From: an uncultured Candidatus Binatia bacterium
GTDB taxonomy: Bacteria > Desulfobacterota > Binatia > UBA9968 > JAJDTQ01
Reading direction: 5' to 3'
Assembly (NCBI GenBank): GCA_965213675.1
Contig: OZ243916.1
Coordinates: forward strand, 192,001-256,000
Length of the DNA: 64,000 nucleotides
Below are positions 37,046 to 50,777 of the stretch, in pieces. The translations under genes were made by a program, and so were the position numbers. Below the pieces are notes generated by a model. The model ran no database searches, was not told the origin of the DNA, and saw only the letters and a list, made by a program, of their open reading frames with translations. Numbering within the stretch: position 1 is the first letter of the stretch; the number at the start of each line of letters is the position of its first letter.

Positions 37046-38302
37046 ATGACTTTGAGCGAAAACGGACCCCTGACTCCCTATCGTATCCTGGACCTGACCG
37101 ACGAGCTTGGTTTCCTGTGCGGCAAGACGCTGGGCGATCTCGGCGCGGACGTGATCAAGGTGGAGCGTCCGGGGGGCGACGCGGCCCGGCGCATCGGGCC
37201 GTATCTCGACGGCGAGCCCGACCCGGAGAAGAGCCTCTACTGGTTCGCCTTCAACAACAGCAAGCGCGGCATCACGCTGAACCTCGATGCCGGCGAGGGG
37301 CGGGCGCTGTTCAGGCGTCTCGTGGAGAAGGCGGACTTCGTGCTGGAGACGTTCCGGCCGGGCTACCTGGAAGACATCGGCCTCGCCCATGACACCCTGC
37401 GCGCCGTCAACCCCAAGCTTGTGCAGGTCTCCATCACCCCCTTCGGCCAGACCGGCCCTTACAGCCGCTACCACGCCACCGACATCGAGATCATGGCCAT
37501 GAGCGGCTGCATGTCGCTCACCGGCGATCCGGGCAAGCCGCCACTGCGGGTGACTTTCCCCCAGTCCTACCAGTGGACCGGCTCCTACGCCGCCATGGCC
37601 GCGCTGGTGGCCCATACCCAGCGACGGCGCATCGGCAGGGGCGAGCACGTGGACGTGTCCGCCCAGGCATGCATGCTCTGGGGCTTTTCCCACGCACATA
37701 CCTTCTGGGACCTCAACCGCTCGGTGGAAAAGCGCGCCGGCTCGTTCATGACCGGCCGCACCATTACCGGCGCCAAGATGCGGGTCTTCTGGCCGTGCAA
37801 GGACGGCTACCTGAACTTCATCATTTACGGTGGCGAGGCCGGCCGCAAGACCAACCAGGCGCTGGTGGAGTGGATGGCCGAGAAAGGGCAGGCGCCCGCG
37901 TTCCTGCTGGAACGGGACTGGCACACCTTCAACATCGAACGCGTGACCCAGGAAGAGATCGACGTCATGGAAGAACCCATTGCGGCGTTCTTCACCGGTG
38001 TCACCAAGCGGGAGTTCTTCGAGGCCGTCACCAGCCGCGGCATGCTGGGCTATCCCGTGTCCACCGCCGAGGAACTGTTGGAAGACCCGCAACTCGCGGC
38101 TCGGGAGTTCTGGCAGGAGGTGGAACATCCCGAGTTGAACCGTTCCATCACCTATCCGGGAGGGTTCGCCCGCTTCTCGGAATTTCCCTGCCGCATCCGC
38201 CGCCGGGCGCCCCTCATCGGCGAGCACAACGGCGAGGTCTACCGCGAGCTGGGCTTGGACGGCGCAGAGATCGCCCGGCTCGAAGGCTTGGGCGTGATCT
38301 AG
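37046..38302 (+). CDS. Class III (CaiB/BaiF) CoA-transferase, subunit A
   Basis: RILDLT, LGDLGADVIKVERPGGD, NNSKRGITLNL, SITPFGQTGPY, APLIGEHN. Confidence 0.93.
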   Translation: MTLSENGPLTPYRILDLTDELGFLCGKTLGDLGADVIKVERPGGDAARRIGPYLDGEPDPEKSLYWFAFNNSKRGITLNLDAGEGRALFRRLVEKADFVLETFRPGYLEDIGLAHDTLRAVNPKLVQVSITPFGQTGPYSRYHATDIEIMAMSGCMSLTGDPGKPPLRVTFPQSYQWTGSYAAMAALVAHTQRRRIGRGEHVDVSAQACMLWGFSHAHTFWDLNRSVEKRAGSFMTGRTITGAKMRVFWPCKDGYLNFIIYGGEAGRKTNQALVEWMAEKGQAPAFLLERDWHTFNIERVTQEEIDVMEEPIAAFFTGVTKREFFEAVTSRGMLGYPVSTAEELLEDPQLAAREFWQEVEHPELNRSITYPGGFARFSEFPCRIRRRAPLIGEHNGEVYRELGLDGAEIARLEGLGVI

Positions 38303-38463
38303 TGTGGTGTCTGGTTAATTCGGGTCATAATGTGCGGAGGATTTTTAGTTGTCGGCAAGGCGCGATGACGAGCAGTGGCGGGTACCACGGGAGGAAGAGC
38401 AACGCAGCCGACGGCGAAAAAGACCCGCAGATTATGACCCGAATTAACCAGACACCACACTAG
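38299..38463 (+). mobile_element. MITE copy 1 (CTAG-flanked, ~35-bp TIR)
   Basis: ctagTGTGGTGTCTGGTTAATTCGGGTCATAAT...ATTATGACCCGAATTAACCAGACACCACActag; sits on the TAG stop of the CoA-transferase. Confidence 0.9.
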
Positions 38464-38570
38464 CAGCCTGCGCCGCGAAGCCGGGGGGCGCCATTCTGGC
38501 GGTGACGAATTGGCGCAGGCAATCGATCAGAGGTTCCCCGGCTCGATGAATTCATGGGAATGAGAGCGAC

Positions 38571-39785
38571 ATGAAAGCACTGGAAGGTCTCAAGGTTGTG
38601 GAGTTCGCCGCGTTCGCGGCCGGGCCGGTGGTGGGCAAGCACCTGGTGGACCAGGGCGCCACGGTGGTGCACATCGAGTCGCACACCCGTCCGGACGGGT
38701 TCCGCACGCATTATCCGCCCTACAAGGACAACATCCATGGGCTCAACCGCTCGGGCCTGTTCGCGCTGTGCAACAGCGAGAAACTGGGCATCACCCTCAA
38801 TCTCAAGAAGGGACCCGAGGCCACCGCGCTGGCCAAGCGAATCGCGGGTTGGGCGGACATTGTGGTGGAGAACTTCAGCCCCGGCACCATGGGGCGGCTG
38901 GGCTTGGGGTACGACGCGCTGAAGGAAGTCAACCCGCGGCTCATCATGCTGAGCAGTTCGAACCTGGGCCAGAGCGGCCCCCACGCGCACCATCCCGGTT
39001 TCGGCTCCCAGCTTTCGTCCCTGGCCGGCTTCACCAATCTTACCGGCTACCGGGACGGCTCCCCCCAGATCCTTTACGGCCCCTACATCGACTACATCGC
39101 CGTGGGCTACGGCGTGGTGGCCGTGCTGGCGGCCCTGGAGTACCGCGACGCCACCGGCCGCGGCCAGCACATCGACCTGGCGCAGTACGAGACCGGCCTC
39201 CAGTACATCGGGCCGCTGCTGCTGGACTACACCGTCAACGGCCGTATCGCCGTGCGCGACGGCAACCGGCACCCGGAGGCTTCACCCCACGGCGCCTTCC
39301 CGTGCGCGGGAGAAGACCAATGGTGCGTGCTCAGCGTGGCGTCCGATGCGCAGTGGCGCGCCCTGTGCCAGGCCATGGACCGCCCCGACTGGGGCGGGCG
39401 CGACGAGTACGCCACGGCCGCGCGCCGGCGCGCCCGCGCCGACGAGCTGGAAGCGCGCATCGGGGAGTGGACGCGGCAGTTCAAGGCGCGGGAACTGGTG
39501 GAGACGCTCCAGGCCGCGGGCGTCCCCGCGGGCATGGTCCACGGAATGGAGCAGATCTACGACGACCCCCAACTCGTGCACCGCGATCAGTGGAACCGCA
39601 TGGAACACGCCGAGATCGGCGCTATGTCCTACCAGCGCGCCCCCTTCACCCTGTCCGAAAGCGCCGGCGGCCCCGACCACCCGGACCCGCTCCTGGGCGA
39701 GCACAACGCCTACTTCTACCGCGACCTGCTGGGCCTTTCGGAGGCGGAATTCGAGGCGCTCACCCAAGCGGGGATCATTGACTAG
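38571..39785 (+). CDS. Class III (CaiB/BaiF) CoA-transferase, subunit B
   Basis: LEGLKVVEF, AGP, VVENFSPG, GPYIDY (catalytic Asp position), GRGQHID, PLLGEHN. Confidence 0.93.
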   Translation: MKALEGLKVVEFAAFAAGPVVGKHLVDQGATVVHIESHTRPDGFRTHYPPYKDNIHGLNRSGLFALCNSEKLGITLNLKKGPEATALAKRIAGWADIVVENFSPGTMGRLGLGYDALKEVNPRLIMLSSSNLGQSGPHAHHPGFGSQLSSLAGFTNLTGYRDGSPQILYGPYIDYIAVGYGVVAVLAALEYRDATGRGQHIDLAQYETGLQYIGPLLLDYTVNGRIAVRDGNRHPEASPHGAFPCAGEDQWCVLSVASDAQWRALCQAMDRPDWGGRDEYATAARRRARADELEARIGEWTRQFKARELVETLQAAGVPAGMVHGMEQIYDDPQLVHRDQWNRMEHAEIGAMSYQRAPFTLSESAGGPDHPDPLLGEHNAYFYRDLLGLSEAEFEALTQAGIID

Positions 39786-39918
39786 CGAGGTTACGCTTCG
39801 GACCGACGAGTCCTGGAATCGTGATTTTGGAGTCAAGCTCCGATGAATCAAGGGTTCTGTTGTCCTGTTCGGTGATTCGCGCGGCGGCGGGAATCTTGAA
39901 GGAGCGGAAGGGGAGCCC

Positions 39919-40386
39919 GTGCTGGTGTTGAGCGAGGCGGTCTTCACAAGCCTGGCGACCCATGCCCGGGAGACGTACCCGGAGGAGTGCTGCGGCGTGG
40001 TTCTGGGCGGCGCGTCCGGCGACGAGGCGCACCGGCTGGTCAACATCCAGAACCGGCTTCACGCCGGCGATCCAGACACTTTTCCCAGAGACGCCCGCAC
40101 CGCCTACTCCCTGGATCCCCGCGAACTCGAGGCGATCCTGGAGCAGGGGGAAGGAAAGGGGCTCGTTTTCAAGGCTCTCTACCATTCCCATCCCGACCAC
40201 GACGCCTACTTCTCCGCCGAGGACAAGGCCTGCGCCATGCCCTTTGGCGAGCCCACCTACCCGGACGCGGCGCAGATCGTGATCTCGGTCAAGAACGGCG
40301 CCGTCGGCCGGGTCGCGGTCTTCGAATGGAGTCCCGGCGCCGGGGATTACGTGGAGACCACGATGGCGCGTGTGCCGGACCGTTGA
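39919..40386 (+). CDS. JAB/MPN (M67) metallopeptidase, Mec-like
   Basis: YPEECCG, YHSHPD...FSAED JAMM motif. Confidence 0.9.
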   Translation: MLVLSEAVFTSLATHARETYPEECCGVVLGGASGDEAHRLVNIQNRLHAGDPDTFPRDARTAYSLDPRELEAILEQGEGKGLVFKALYHSHPDHDAYFSAEDKACAMPFGEPTYPDAAQIVISVKNGAVGRVAVFEWSPGAGDYVETTMARVPDR

Positions 40387-40467
40387 TCCCGCCGCTGGCT
40401 GCGCGCCGGTTTGAATTGGATAGCCTCTGCTGCTACCGTCACTCTGACAAGCCGGACGAGGACGACG

Positions 40468-40752
40468 GTGCGCAACGACGTAAGACTATTCCTGCGGGCG
40501 GGAGAGCGGGTGAAGCACAACCGCAACCTCCAATGGGGCGTCGGCGTTGTTGAGGAAGTGATGACCTCCAACGTCCCCGGCGGCACCTGCCTTGCCCGCA
40601 TCCGCTTTCAGGACGGCCGCCTCCGTGTCTTCCACAACGATCTCGACAACCAAAGCTGCTGCTACTACTTCGGCATCCGTCGCTATGACGACTCTGGACC
40701 CGACCCCATACGCCGCCAGCTCCTGGCGTACTTCGACGCCGACGACTGCTGA
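40468..40752 (+). CDS. Small DUF3553-like protein
   Basis: GERVKH...WGVGVV...IRFQDG; GAGGA SD before GTG 40468. Confidence 0.65.
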   Translation: MRNDVRLFLRAGERVKHNRNLQWGVGVVEEVMTSNVPGGTCLARIRFQDGRLRVFHNDLDNQSCCYYFGIRRYDDSGPDPIRRQLLAYFDADDC

Positions 40753-40876
40753 CGAGTGAGCCGGACCTGCGTCGCGGGGCCATCGACCCGGGTGGCGAAG
40801 CGACAAGGTCGAAGGCGCGCACTCCCGTCAAGACACACCCGTCATGGGGTCAGTCCCCAGGAGCTTGCGCGGCCGG

Positions 40877-41605
40877 TCAGACTGCCAGGTTGGTTCTGAA
40901 GAAATCCGCCGTCCGCCGCCACGCATCGGCTGCGGCGTCGGGGTGCCAGCGGTCGGCGTTGGTGTTGTTGTTGAAGGCGTGCTTGGCGCCGTCCCGGTAG
41001 ATCTTGAGGTCGATGCTCTTGCCGTGTCTGGCCAGCGCCTCTTTCAGAGGTTCGATGCCGGGCATGATGTTGGGATCGTCCTCGGCGTAGTTGCCCATGA
41101 GCGGGCAGGTGATGTTGGCCACCTGGTCCAGCGGATCGGGGTTGCGCCCGTAGTACACGACGGCGCCGTCGAGTTGTGCGTACTTGGTGGCGAAGTTCAG
41201 GGACTGGCCGCCGCCCCAGCAGTAGCCGACGACCCCCACCTTGCCGTTCACGAAGTTCCGGCTCTTGAGATATTCGAGGGCGCTGGCCAGGTCCTCCACG
41301 CAGCCCGCCGGGTCCAGGCTTCGGATGGCGGCGATGGCGTCCTGGGAGGTCTGGTACTGGGCGGTGCCGCCGGTGCGCTGGAGCATGTCGGGAGCCAGCG
41401 CGGCGAAACCTTCCTTGGCGAAGTGCCGCGCCACGTCCTTGATGTGGTCCACGAGGCCCGTGTTCTCGTGGATCACGATGACCGCGCCGAGGTTGGCGCC
41501 GTCCCTGGGGCGCGACAGATAACCCGTGCAGCTTCCGTATGCGACCGTTCCCGATTCGAGTTCGGGGTCATTGTCATCGACGAGACGGGGAATGGTATCG
41601 GCCAT
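40877..41605 (-). CDS. Dienelactone hydrolase family protein
   Basis: IHENTGL, ALAPD, GYCWGG, YYG, AKHAFNN. Confidence 0.93.
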   Translation of the reverse strand: MADTIPRLVDDNDPELESGTVAYGSCTGYLSRPRDGANLGAVIVIHENTGLVDHIKDVARHFAKEGFAALAPDMLQRTGGTAQYQTSQDAIAAIRSLDPAGCVEDLASALEYLKSRNFVNGKVGVVGYCWGGGQSLNFATKYAQLDGAVVYYGRNPDPLDQVANITCPLMGNYAEDDPNIMPGIEPLKEALARHGKSIDLKIYRDGAKHAFNNNTNADRWHPDAAADAWRRTADFFRTNLAV

Positions 41606-41708
41606 GTTCGAGCCTCCTGTTTGGTGCGCCTTTATGGCCCTCTGTCACGCGCCGTCCTGAAACGTCGATGCGGTTCCTGCCGCCGCGGCGCGCCGGCAGA
41701 GCGTTGGG

Positions 41709-43880
41709 TCATGCCGCCGCCAGTCCCGCCGCGCGTCTCCTCCTCTGCAACAGATACAGGCCGGCGAAAACGACCCAGGCGGCGAATTGCACGGTCATGC
41801 GCAAAGAGTCGGCGTCGCCCACCAGCAGGGCAGGGCGAAAGGCGGCGAGGCAGATGGCAAGCAACAGGATCCGTTCGGGCCAGCCGCAGCGATCGGCGAA
41901 GAAACCCTGCATGGCCGCGGCAAAGGCCATCATGGCCACCAGGCCGTTGATTATGACCCAGCCGACGGAGAACAGGTCGGTCAACCAGATGATGGCGCCG
42001 TCGGCCGCGACTCCCGCGATGAGCAACAGTTCCAGGTTGAAGATGAATACGAACGGCAGGATCGCCGTGCGCAGGTCGTACGTGAACCCCTGGAGGCCGG
42101 TCTTGATGGGGTCGGACCCGGCGATGGCGGAAGCCGCAAAGGCCGCCAGGCCCACCGGCGGCGTGTCGTCCGCAAGGATGCCGAAGTAGAACACGAACAG
42201 ATGAGCCGCCAGCACCGGAATCACCAGGCCCGCCTGCCCGCCCAGGGTCACGATCACCGGCGCCGTCAGGGTGGCCATGACGATGTAGTTGGCGGTGGTG
42301 GGGAGCCCCATGCCCAGGATCAGGCTGGTGACGGCGGTCAGAATCAGCATCAGCACCACGTTGCCCAGGGATATGATCTCGATGGCCTCGATGAACCGGC
42401 TGCTGAGGCCCGTGAGGGTGACGGTGCCCACGATGATGCCCGCGGCCGCGGTGGCCACCGCGATGGGTGCCATGTTGCGGGCGCCGGATACGCAGCCCTG
42501 CAGGATATCCCGGATGCTCCACGCCAAACCCTGCAAGAACGCCTGCCCGAGCGAACCGGCCGCCGGGCTGTCGGGTGACGGTTGGAGGACCGCCACGCAA
42601 CTCTGGACCACCCGCTGGATGACCATGATGGCCAGGGTCAGGAGAATGGCGTTGAAGGCCGCCGAGACCGCCGAGAACCGAAGAATCACCAGCGTGTAGA
42701 TCAGCGCCACTATCGGGATCAGGAAATGGACGCCCTTCAGGAACGTGGACCAGAATGGCGGCAACTCTTGTACGGGTATCGCCGTCAGGTTCAGCTTGAG
42801 CGCTTCGAGGTGGACCACGTAGAGCAGCGCGATGTACGAAAGCACCGCCGGAATAGCGGCAGCGGTCACCACGTCGATGTACGGGAGCCCCAGAAACTCC
42901 GCCATGATGAAGGCAGCCGCGCCCATGACCGGCGGCAGGAGCTGCCCGTTGGTGCTTGCGCCCACCTCCACCGCTCCGGCCTTGTAGGCCGGGAGCCCCA
43001 CACGCTTCATCAGCGGGATGGTGAAGGTGCCCGTGGTGGCCACGTTGGCGATGGACGAGCCGGACACCATGCCTGTCAGGCCCGAGGCGAGCACCGCGGC
43101 CTTGGCTGGTCCGCCGCGGAAACGGCCCACCATGGCGTAGGCCACCTGCACGAAGTACTCCGCCGCCCCCGCCCGGTCCAGCAGCGCCCCGAACAGCACG
43201 AACAGGAAAACGAAATCGGTGGATACACCCAGCGGCACACCCCAGATGCCGCTGTCCGACAGATACATGTGGTCGACGACGAACTCGAAGGGGATGCCTG
43301 GGTGGGCGAGAAACCTCGGCAGGTACGGACCGATGAAGCAGTAGAGCAGAAAGACCCCGCCCAGCGCCGGCAGCGCCAGCCCCAGGGAGCGCCGCGCCGA
43401 CTCGAGCAGCAGAAGGACGAAGGCTCCACCGATGTAGACGTCCCTTGCCAGCGGGAGGCCGGAACGTTCGATGATCCCTTCGTAGTCCCACGCAAGGTAG
43501 GCGGTGCCGCAGGCCGCCAGGGCCGCGATGACGAAGTCGTACCAGGGAATCTTGACCGGATCGCGCTTGCGCCGGCCCGGAAACAGTTGCTGCATCCAGG
43601 CGTTGAAGCGCTCCAGCGTCGCGGCCCGCCGAATGGCCGGGAACGCCAGATAGACCAGCAACACTGCGAAGGTCAGGTGGATGCTGCGGGCGATGATGGA
43701 GTTGAGGGGGTGGTAGGCGATGTAGAGCTGGAACAGCGACCAGCAGAGCGCAAGCACCCAGAGGAACCCCCCGACCGGTCCGCCGGGGGAACGGGTTTTT
43801 CCTTCGCCCTCGCCAAGCTCGGCCAACGCTTCGAGGTCGACGGTTTCGCCAGCAGTGTCGTCGTGATCGGATGAACTCAC
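41709..43880 (-). CDS. TRAP transporter fused 4TM/12TM permease (TAXI-associated)
   Basis: GGPAKAAV, SGSSIANV, PPVMGAAAFIM, LGMGLPTTANY, ADDTPPV. Confidence 0.95.
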   Translation of the reverse strand: MSSSDHDDTAGETVDLEALAELGEGEGKTRSPGGPVGGFLWVLALCWSLFQLYIAYHPLNSIIARSIHLTFAVLLVYLAFPAIRRAATLERFNAWMQQLFPGRRKRDPVKIPWYDFVIAALAACGTAYLAWDYEGIIERSGLPLARDVYIGGAFVLLLLESARRSLGLALPALGGVFLLYCFIGPYLPRFLAHPGIPFEFVVDHMYLSDSGIWGVPLGVSTDFVFLFVLFGALLDRAGAAEYFVQVAYAMVGRFRGGPAKAAVLASGLTGMVSGSSIANVATTGTFTIPLMKRVGLPAYKAGAVEVGASTNGQLLPPVMGAAAFIMAEFLGLPYIDVVTAAAIPAVLSYIALLYVVHLEALKLNLTAIPVQELPPFWSTFLKGVHFLIPIVALIYTLVILRFSAVSAAFNAILLTLAIMVIQRVVQSCVAVLQPSPDSPAAGSLGQAFLQGLAWSIRDILQGCVSGARNMAPIAVATAAAGIIVGTVTLTGLSSRFIEAIEIISLGNVVLMLILTAVTSLILGMGLPTTANYIVMATLTAPVIVTLGGQAGLVIPVLAAHLFVFYFGILADDTPPVGLAAFAASAIAGSDPIKTGLQGFTYDLRTAILPFVFIFNLELLLIAGVAADGAIIWLTDLFSVGWVIINGLVAMMAFAAAMQGFFADRCGWPERILLLAICLAAFRPALLVGDADSLRMTVQFAAWVVFAGLYLLQRRRRAAGLAAA

Positions 43881-43928
43881 GGGGCCGCCTGGCTGGCCTG
43901 TGCCATTGGTGTTTCCGTCAAGTGGACC

Positions 43929-43965
43929 GGCCCGGGGCCGGGCGCTTCCGCCCGGGCCCCGAGCC
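43929..43965 (-). terminator. GC stem-loop between the TAXI binding protein and permease genes
   Basis: Minus strand ggctcggggcccgggcg-gaag-cgcccggccccgggcc. Confidence 0.55.
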
Positions 43966-43996
43966 GTGTGTCATTTCGGAGCAGAAGGCCGGTGGA

Positions 43997-44962
43997 TTAC
44001 TGCCAGCCCTTCTCCTTGTAGTACTTCATCGCTCCCGGATGCAACGGAGCCGAGAGTCCCCCAAGCATGTCCTTGGGCTGAAGGTTCCTGAAGTTGGCGT
44101 ACGAATTGCGGAGCGTGTCGAGGTTTTCGAACAGAGTCTTCACCACCGTGTACACCGAGTCGGCCGACTCCTTCTCGCCGGTGACGAAGGTCGCCTTCAC
44201 GGCATAGGTCGGAACGTCATTGTCCACGCCCTTGTAGGTCCCGCCGGGGATCTTGGTCATGACGTAGAACGGGTTGTCCGCCACCAGCTTCTTGATCGGC
44301 GCGGTGTCCAGCGGCACGATGTCGATGGCGGTGCTGTTGGCGATCTCGAGGCCGCCGCCCCAAGGCACACCGATGGTGTAGAAGAATGCATCGATCTTCT
44401 TGTCTACCAGCGCGCGGTTGGCCTCGTTCTGCTGCAGACCTTCGGCCTTGATGTCCTTGTCCTTGTCGATGCCGTTGAGACGCAGCACATCCTCAGCGTT
44501 GCCCCGCTGTCCGGATCCGGGGTTTCCGATGTTGACGCGCTTGCCCTTGAGGTCGGCGATGGTCTTGATGCCCGTATCCTTGCGGGTCACCAGCATGACC
44601 GCCTCGGGATGGACGGTGAAGACCGTACGCAGTCCCTTGTCTGGTTTGCCCTCCCAGTTCTTCTTGCCATTGGCCGCGGCCCAAACCCAGTCGGACTGGG
44701 CCACGCCGTAGTTCAGCAACCCCCGCTGGATGGATCGGATGTTGAAGACCGATCCGAGCGCCGGCCGGCCGATGCAGTTGTATCCCTTGCTGCCCAGCTT
44801 GTCATTGACGATCTTGCAGATGTTCAATGCCACCTGGTAGTAGACGCCGGTCGTGGAGCCGCCGCCGATAACCAGGAAGTTCTGTGCAGCCGCGTCCTTG
44901 GCCGCCACGGTCATGGCGCCGCACAGCGCCAGACCGATCATCAACGTGAATAAGCGTTTCAT
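43997..44962 (-). CDS. TAXI-family TRAP solute-binding protein
   Basis: Signal peptide; IGGGSTTGVYY, GSVFN, AQSD, DLKGKRVNIGNPGSG, PLHPGA. Confidence 0.95.
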   Translation of the reverse strand: MKRLFTLMIGLALCGAMTVAAKDAAAQNFLVIGGGSTTGVYYQVALNICKIVNDKLGSKGYNCIGRPALGSVFNIRSIQRGLLNYGVAQSDWVWAAANGKKNWEGKPDKGLRTVFTVHPEAVMLVTRKDTGIKTIADLKGKRVNIGNPGSGQRGNAEDVLRLNGIDKDKDIKAEGLQQNEANRALVDKKIDAFFYTIGVPWGGGLEIANSTAIDIVPLDTAPIKKLVADNPFYVMTKIPGGTYKGVDNDVPTYAVKATFVTGEKESADSVYTVVKTLFENLDTLRNSYANFRNLQPKDMLGGLSAPLHPGAMKYYKEKGWQ

Positions 44963-45221
44963 GGTGTTCTCCTTCAGTCTACGTTTCCGGTCATTAGACT
45001 ATTTCGTGAGTCAACAGTCGATGTCCATGCCACAACGGGTTCGGCAATGCAACAGGAAGTTTTTATAATGATCGTTAAGCGAAATGGGCGCCCGCTGGTG
45101 GATTGGTGGAAATTTGCGGCATCCTGGGATAGGACTCTATGGGAAAGGCAATCGGTATTTCGAGAGGTTCTGAAAGGCCCCCGCGGCAGTGTTGTCCCGG
45201 CCGCCGGGCGGGAGGGTGCGC

Positions 45222-45956
45222 GTGAACGGCGACGGCCAGGGAAACGCGCCGTTCGTGGGTATCACCACATACGGTCGCGGTCCGCACAACCGGTTCGTGC
45301 TGCCGGCGGAGTACGTGGACGCGGTGCGCCGGGGCGGCGGTATCCCGTTGCTTCTGCCCCCGGGGGAGGAGCGCACGGAGTCGATCCTGCCTATCCTCAA
45401 GGCGGTGGTGCTCAGCGGCGGCGGCGATATCGGCCCTGAACTCTACGGTGGCAACCACCATGAGACCATCTACATGGTGGAGCCGGAGCGGGACCGCAGC
45501 GAGATCGACCTGGCCCGGCGCGTGTTCGACCTGGGGGTTCCCACTCTGGCCATTTGTCGCGGGAGCCAGATCCTGAACGTGGCCCGGGGCGGGACTCTGA
45601 TCGAGCACCTGCCCGACGAGGTGGGAGAGGCGGTGATCCACCGGGCGCCGCCGCGTGAGCCCACCCCTCATGCGGTCCGGGTGGAGCCGGCATCCCGGCT
45701 GGCCGGCATCCTGGGCGCCACGGAATTCTCGTGCCTGTCGTGGCATCACCAGGCCGTGCGCCGGGTGGCTCCGGACTTCGAAGTCGCGGCGCACGCCCCG
45801 GACGGCACCATCGAAGGACTGGAGGCGCCGTCGCACCCGTGGCTCATCGCGGTGCAGTGGCACCCCGAGTTGACCGCCGCCGAAGACCCCGTTCAGCAAC
45901 GCCTGTTCGACGCCCTGCTCAGGGCCGCGGGCACGAGCCAACCTCGCGTCCCGTGA
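45222..45956 (+). CDS. Gamma-glutamyl-GABA hydrolase family (peptidase C26, PuuD-like)
   Basis: LSGGGDI, ICRGSQILNVARGG, SWHHQAV, VQWHPE. Confidence 0.92.
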   Translation: MNGDGQGNAPFVGITTYGRGPHNRFVLPAEYVDAVRRGGGIPLLLPPGEERTESILPILKAVVLSGGGDIGPELYGGNHHETIYMVEPERDRSEIDLARRVFDLGVPTLAICRGSQILNVARGGTLIEHLPDEVGEAVIHRAPPREPTPHAVRVEPASRLAGILGATEFSCLSWHHQAVRRVAPDFEVAAHAPDGTIEGLEAPSHPWLIAVQWHPELTAAEDPVQQRLFDALLRAAGTSQPRVP

Positions 45957-45992
45957 GTTCCTGCGATCAGTCGCGCAGGAATGCTTTGGTGC

Positions 45993-46080
45993 GGGCAAGG
46001 CGCGACGACACGCAGGGGCGACCGGCGGTCGCCCCCTCTGGCGATCACCAAGCGAGGAAACGCAACGCAGCCGGCGGCAA
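45993..46080 (+). repeat. Degenerate MITE core (no TIRs) with embedded REP-like palindrome, upstream of metH
   Basis: ggcaaggcgcgacgac...gcgaggaaacgcaacgcagccggcggc matches the MITE interior; gcaggggcgaccggcggtcgcccc at 46012-46035. Confidence 0.6.
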
Positions 46081-46163
46081 ACCGGTCACTGGCCGCAGAA
46101 GCCTTCGGAACACGACACGACCGTCGCGTCCCGTCCGGCACGAGAGAAGGAGCACGTGAGGGC

Positions 46164-49844
<3,681 letters not shown>

Positions 49845-49958
49845 ACAACCCCACCCCGTCACCCTGGCACGGGTCCGCCGAGACGGCGACCGCCGCCGGC
49901 CCCTGCATGGATGCGTTCCAGGCCGAACACAGGCGACCCACGGACTCCGGCTCGCGCT

Positions 49959-50777
49959 TCACGCAGTCAGGAACGTGGTGATCAGCGCAGCGGCTTTCTC
50001 TGGAGCTTCCGCCTGCGGGCTATGCCCGGCGCCCTGGACGATCTGGACGCCGCCGGCGCCGCGGATGCCTTCCGCGTAGGCTTCGCCGTGGGCCAATGGC
50101 GCCATGCGGTCGGATTCGCCCCACACGACCTGGGTCGGCGCGGAGATGCGGCGCAGCCGGCTCCGCAGCGAGCGGTTGTAGAAATAGGGCGGGTTGAAGC
50201 CGAACCGGTTGGTGAAGCGCAGCATCTGATAGCGGCGCAACTCGTCCTCGATGTTTTCGGCGCGGCCGTCGGGGAAGAGCGCATGGCCTGCGGGCGTTCC
50301 GGCGCTTTCGAACAGCATCGCCCGCAGCTCGGAGTAGTCGGTGCCGCGCACCGGGTGGGACATCATGAAGATGTCGCCGATGGGCGCCCCGGAAACGAAC
50401 AGGCCCAGGGCGTCGATGAGCACGAGGCGGCGGACCTTCTCGGGGTGGCGCGCGGCCAGTTCCGCGGCGATCCAGCCGCCGGCGCAGGCGCCCACCAGGT
50501 GGAAGCGGTCGAGCCCCAGGGCGTCGATGACTTCGAGGTAATGGAACACCAGGTCCTCGGCGGACTCCAGGTATTCGATCTCGTCGGACGCGGCGCAGCC
50601 CGGGTGGGCCGGGGCAAACAGCCGGCAGCGCTCCATGAGCTTTTCGTGGAACGGCATCCAGCCCTCGGTGACCGCGTGCACATCGGCGAAGCCGTGCAGG
50701 TAGAGGGTGGGCTCGCCCACGCCGTCCTCCAGCACGGTGACGTTCCGGCCGTGGATGTCGAGAGTGCGCCGGCTCAT
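49959..50777 (-). CDS. Alpha/beta hydrolase coupled to an LLM monooxygenase
   Basis: YLHG, HPG, LVGACAGGWIAAELA, VWGESD, AGH; ATGA overlap with the upstream gene. Confidence 0.88.
   Translation of the reverse strand: MSRRTLDIHGRNVTVLEDGVGEPTLYLHGFADVHAVTEGWMPFHEKLMERCRLFAPAHPGCAASDEIEYLESAEDLVFHYLEVIDALGLDRFHLVGACAGGWIAAELAARHPEKVRRLVLIDALGLFVSGAPIGDIFMMSHPVRGTDYSELRAMLFESAGTPAGHALFPDGRAENIEDELRRYQMLRFTNRFGFNPPYFYNRSLRSRLRRISAPTQVVWGESDRMAPLAHGEAYAEGIRGAGGVQIVQGAGHSPQAEAPEKAAALITTFLTA

Noticed and set aside
45957-46163. SAM/SAH/cobalamin riboswitch upstream of metH
   Set aside because: No recognisable consensus by eye; the structure is explained by the MITE core and a REP-like palindrome (an Rfam scan would be decisive)
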